Source: Catajapyx aquilonaris (lineage: Eukaryota). Taken from it: 64,000 bases of DNA. The stretch is taken from contig KZ538356.1 in assembly GCA_000934665.2 (NCBI GenBank), positions 1-64,000 of the forward strand, read 5' to 3'. The translations under genes and the position numbers were made by a program. The notes under the pieces are model-generated. The model searched no databases. It was not told where the DNA came from and saw only the letters and a program-made list of their open reading frames with translations. Positions 61,701-64,000 of this stretch are shown one piece after another (position 1 is the stretch's first letter; every line of letters starts with the position of its first letter).

Positions 61701-63338
61701 ACAGTATGGCTCCCATCTCTCTTCCGGTCGAATTACCCAAAAGAATTGACTCGTAGAAATGTCAAAAACGGGGGAGGGGGAAGATCCGAATAGATGAGAT
61801 GTAGATTGATTGGATTTCCGTCCCGGCAGCAAATGGCACAAAAGCCAGTTCCGGTTCTTGAGGGTGCGCACCTAAATTCATCAGGAAGCGTCTCCTCCGG
61901 CTCGTTACTATACCCCCGAAAAGGTTGGCCTGCTATCGAGGCCCCCTTGCGAACTTTGTAGGCCACGGTGCAGATTTGGAGAGGAGTCGGCTTCCGGCTG
62001 GCATTGAACTTGGTAGTGCTTGGCTGCGGTCAATGTTTGGCGGAAGCGCCTTCGGGGAGAGGATGAAGTGAGTGTGCCGCGGTCGGAGGGGGGGGGAGAG
62101 GCGGGGATGNGAAAGAGCCGGGGGTTGGGGGAGGGAGGGGAGGGAGGATGAGAGTTAAGCCGCCCGCCTGCCAAGCTATACGTAGCTCAGGTCTGGTCGG
62201 GGTCGAGAGAGAGGAAAGTGAGGCAGTCGGCCAATCCGCACTTTCGCGACCCAAAAACCTCGAAAGCACCCTGGAGAGACAAAAAGAGGGGGGCGAATTG
62301 CGTAATGGTTTTACAAATAGCGTGACCTGCCCTCCCACCATCACAGCTGGCACGCGACCTTGCTTCATCCCGTGCGCTAACGTTGTCAACAACCCCTGTC
62401 TGATGGGACGATTTCCACCCCCCTCTCTTTTCAGAGGAGTGGCAGCCACGAGTGCAAGGTCAACCCGGGGCAGTTTTGTCACTGTTGACCCCCCAACAAC
62501 CATACCCCTTTGTCTTCCAGGACAGGGTCAAACAGGCGGGTTCTCATTAGGGCGGATACCCGATACGGCGCTGTTTGAGTGACTTCTGTCATGTCGCTTT
62601 GTACCGTTCAGGCTGACTCAAACCATGACATTTATCTACAGGCTGTCCAGGAAAAGGGATTTCTGGGGGGTTTGCAAATGGAACCCGAAATATCCACGTG
62701 GAAAATTTTTCCCACCTGGCACCGGTACAGTACACTGAAGGGCGGTTCATCCTGGCCTAGACGGCCTCCCGTAAGCATTTCCTGTGCACAGGGCAGCCTG
62801 ACTGCAGGGGCACAGACTAGCAGGACAAAAATTCCTGATTTTGATGAATGCTCTTCCCAGGTTTGGAAATGAAGAGGCTGTTTGTTGTGGGAGAGGTAGT
62901 TGAAAGAGAAGCTCAGACAGAAGGTAGTAATTGATGAGGCAGCGACAAAGAGGCAGCTGCAGCTCAGTTCAATCCCGGGGAAAACAATTTGAGCAATTCA
63001 TCCATTGCACAGGCCTCAAAATGGCGGTGCCAACATCAACCCAAGCCGGCTTATTCCTACCACCACACCCAAAGGTAGGGTGGTGGTGGGGGAATCCTCG
63101 TTCAGCCGCACATCAATTACTCTGACAAATGCAACAACACAAGGCGTCGTCGGAAAGCGGCAATGGCTTCATTCCAAGCGATTGCTTCCCCACCTGGGAA
63201 GACAATCCGCCTCGCCTTATTATTAGTATTATTGTTATAATAATAATAAAGGCCATCTGTAGTGTGGGGATGGCGCCAGCTATGGCTGGTTTTAGAAATC
63301 TACCGCGGGGAAGTGATTAATAGCGCTTTTCGTGCTCG

Positions 63339-63340
<2 letters not shown>

Positions 63341-63388
<48 letters not shown>
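63341..63388. repeat. (AG)24 microsatellite
   Basis: Directly visible. Confidence 0.95.
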
Positions 63389-63391
<3 letters not shown>

Positions 63392-64000
63392 GCCGACGAC
63401 GCCGGCCTCGGCATGAAAGCCAAAAGTGCCCGCAATGCAAACAGGCCATGAATCTCACATTGTGCTCCTTTATGAAGTTGCGGTCGAACATCGTCAAATT
63501 CAAACCCCCCTCATTCCCTCCCTCCTCCCAAAACCTCATTCCCTCACTCTTCGAGATTAATTCAATAACTTAGCAACACCATTGTACTTTGGTATTCATA
63601 ATTAATTCCATTATTAAACTCCATTTAGAGGCGCCTTCACACTAGGCGCGAGCTCACCGAGGCGCAAATTAGGTTTTTCTTGGCGGTTTCAAAGGGATCG
63701 ATCGCTTCATCATCCTTCCTCTTCTCTTGCTTTTGTCCTGGGTCGCCACCACCCAACTTGCTTGACTTTGGCCCACGATCCAATCTAAACCCCCCTCTCT
63801 ACCCTAGACCTACCCCACCTCCCCCCCTACCAACTCTGCTTGCTCTACTCACACTATCTTGTCACCGCCGAGAAGATTTACTCGAGTGGCATCGCGGATA
63901 TACGACTGGAGCAAGAGACCTCTTTACTGCTATGCAACGCCCCGAAATAATTGCGTCTGGGTTGCTTTGGGGAGTGGATTATGTGGGCTACTCACGTTCT

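Noticed and set aside
61733..62503. Minus-strand ORFs as candidate upstream TOX exons
   Set aside because: None encodes the expected HMG-box N-terminal half ([20 protein letters not shown]-like), which probably lies beyond the window.
63628..63670. Harbinger-like terminus AGGCGCCTTCACACTAGGCG
   Set aside because: No partner inverted repeat found in the window.
1..64000. CRISPR arrays, rRNA, tRNA, intact transposase or RT genes, operon-like systems
   Set aside because: No repeat-spacer periodicity, no rRNA or tRNA structure and no intact DDE or RT ORF; the sequence is spliced eukaryotic DNA.

Overview
Eukaryotic (very likely arthropod) genomic DNA with compact spliced genes; nothing prokaryotic. 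Left to right: intronless DENND11/LCHN-like gene (+), EDC4/Ge-1 (-, 12 coding exons, one minor-spliceosome U12 intron), a ~2,430-aa multi-C2H2 zinc-finger gene (-) with two mutually exclusive exons that swap the helices of two adjacent fingers, an unexplained ~12-kb CpG-rich block, DnaJA2-like co-chaperone (-), a small secreted two-domain pacifastin protease-inhibitor gene (+) that the ORF track misses, RPB3/POLR2C (-) whose stop codon lies 24 bp from the pacifastin stop, and the last three exons of a TOX-family HMG-box gene (-). Introns and intergenic DNA hold many MITE-like foldback elements, a LINE remnant and a branched spacer-less palindrome. Gene models were spliced by hand and each complete model sums to a whole number of codons; family names come from motif recognition, not database searches.
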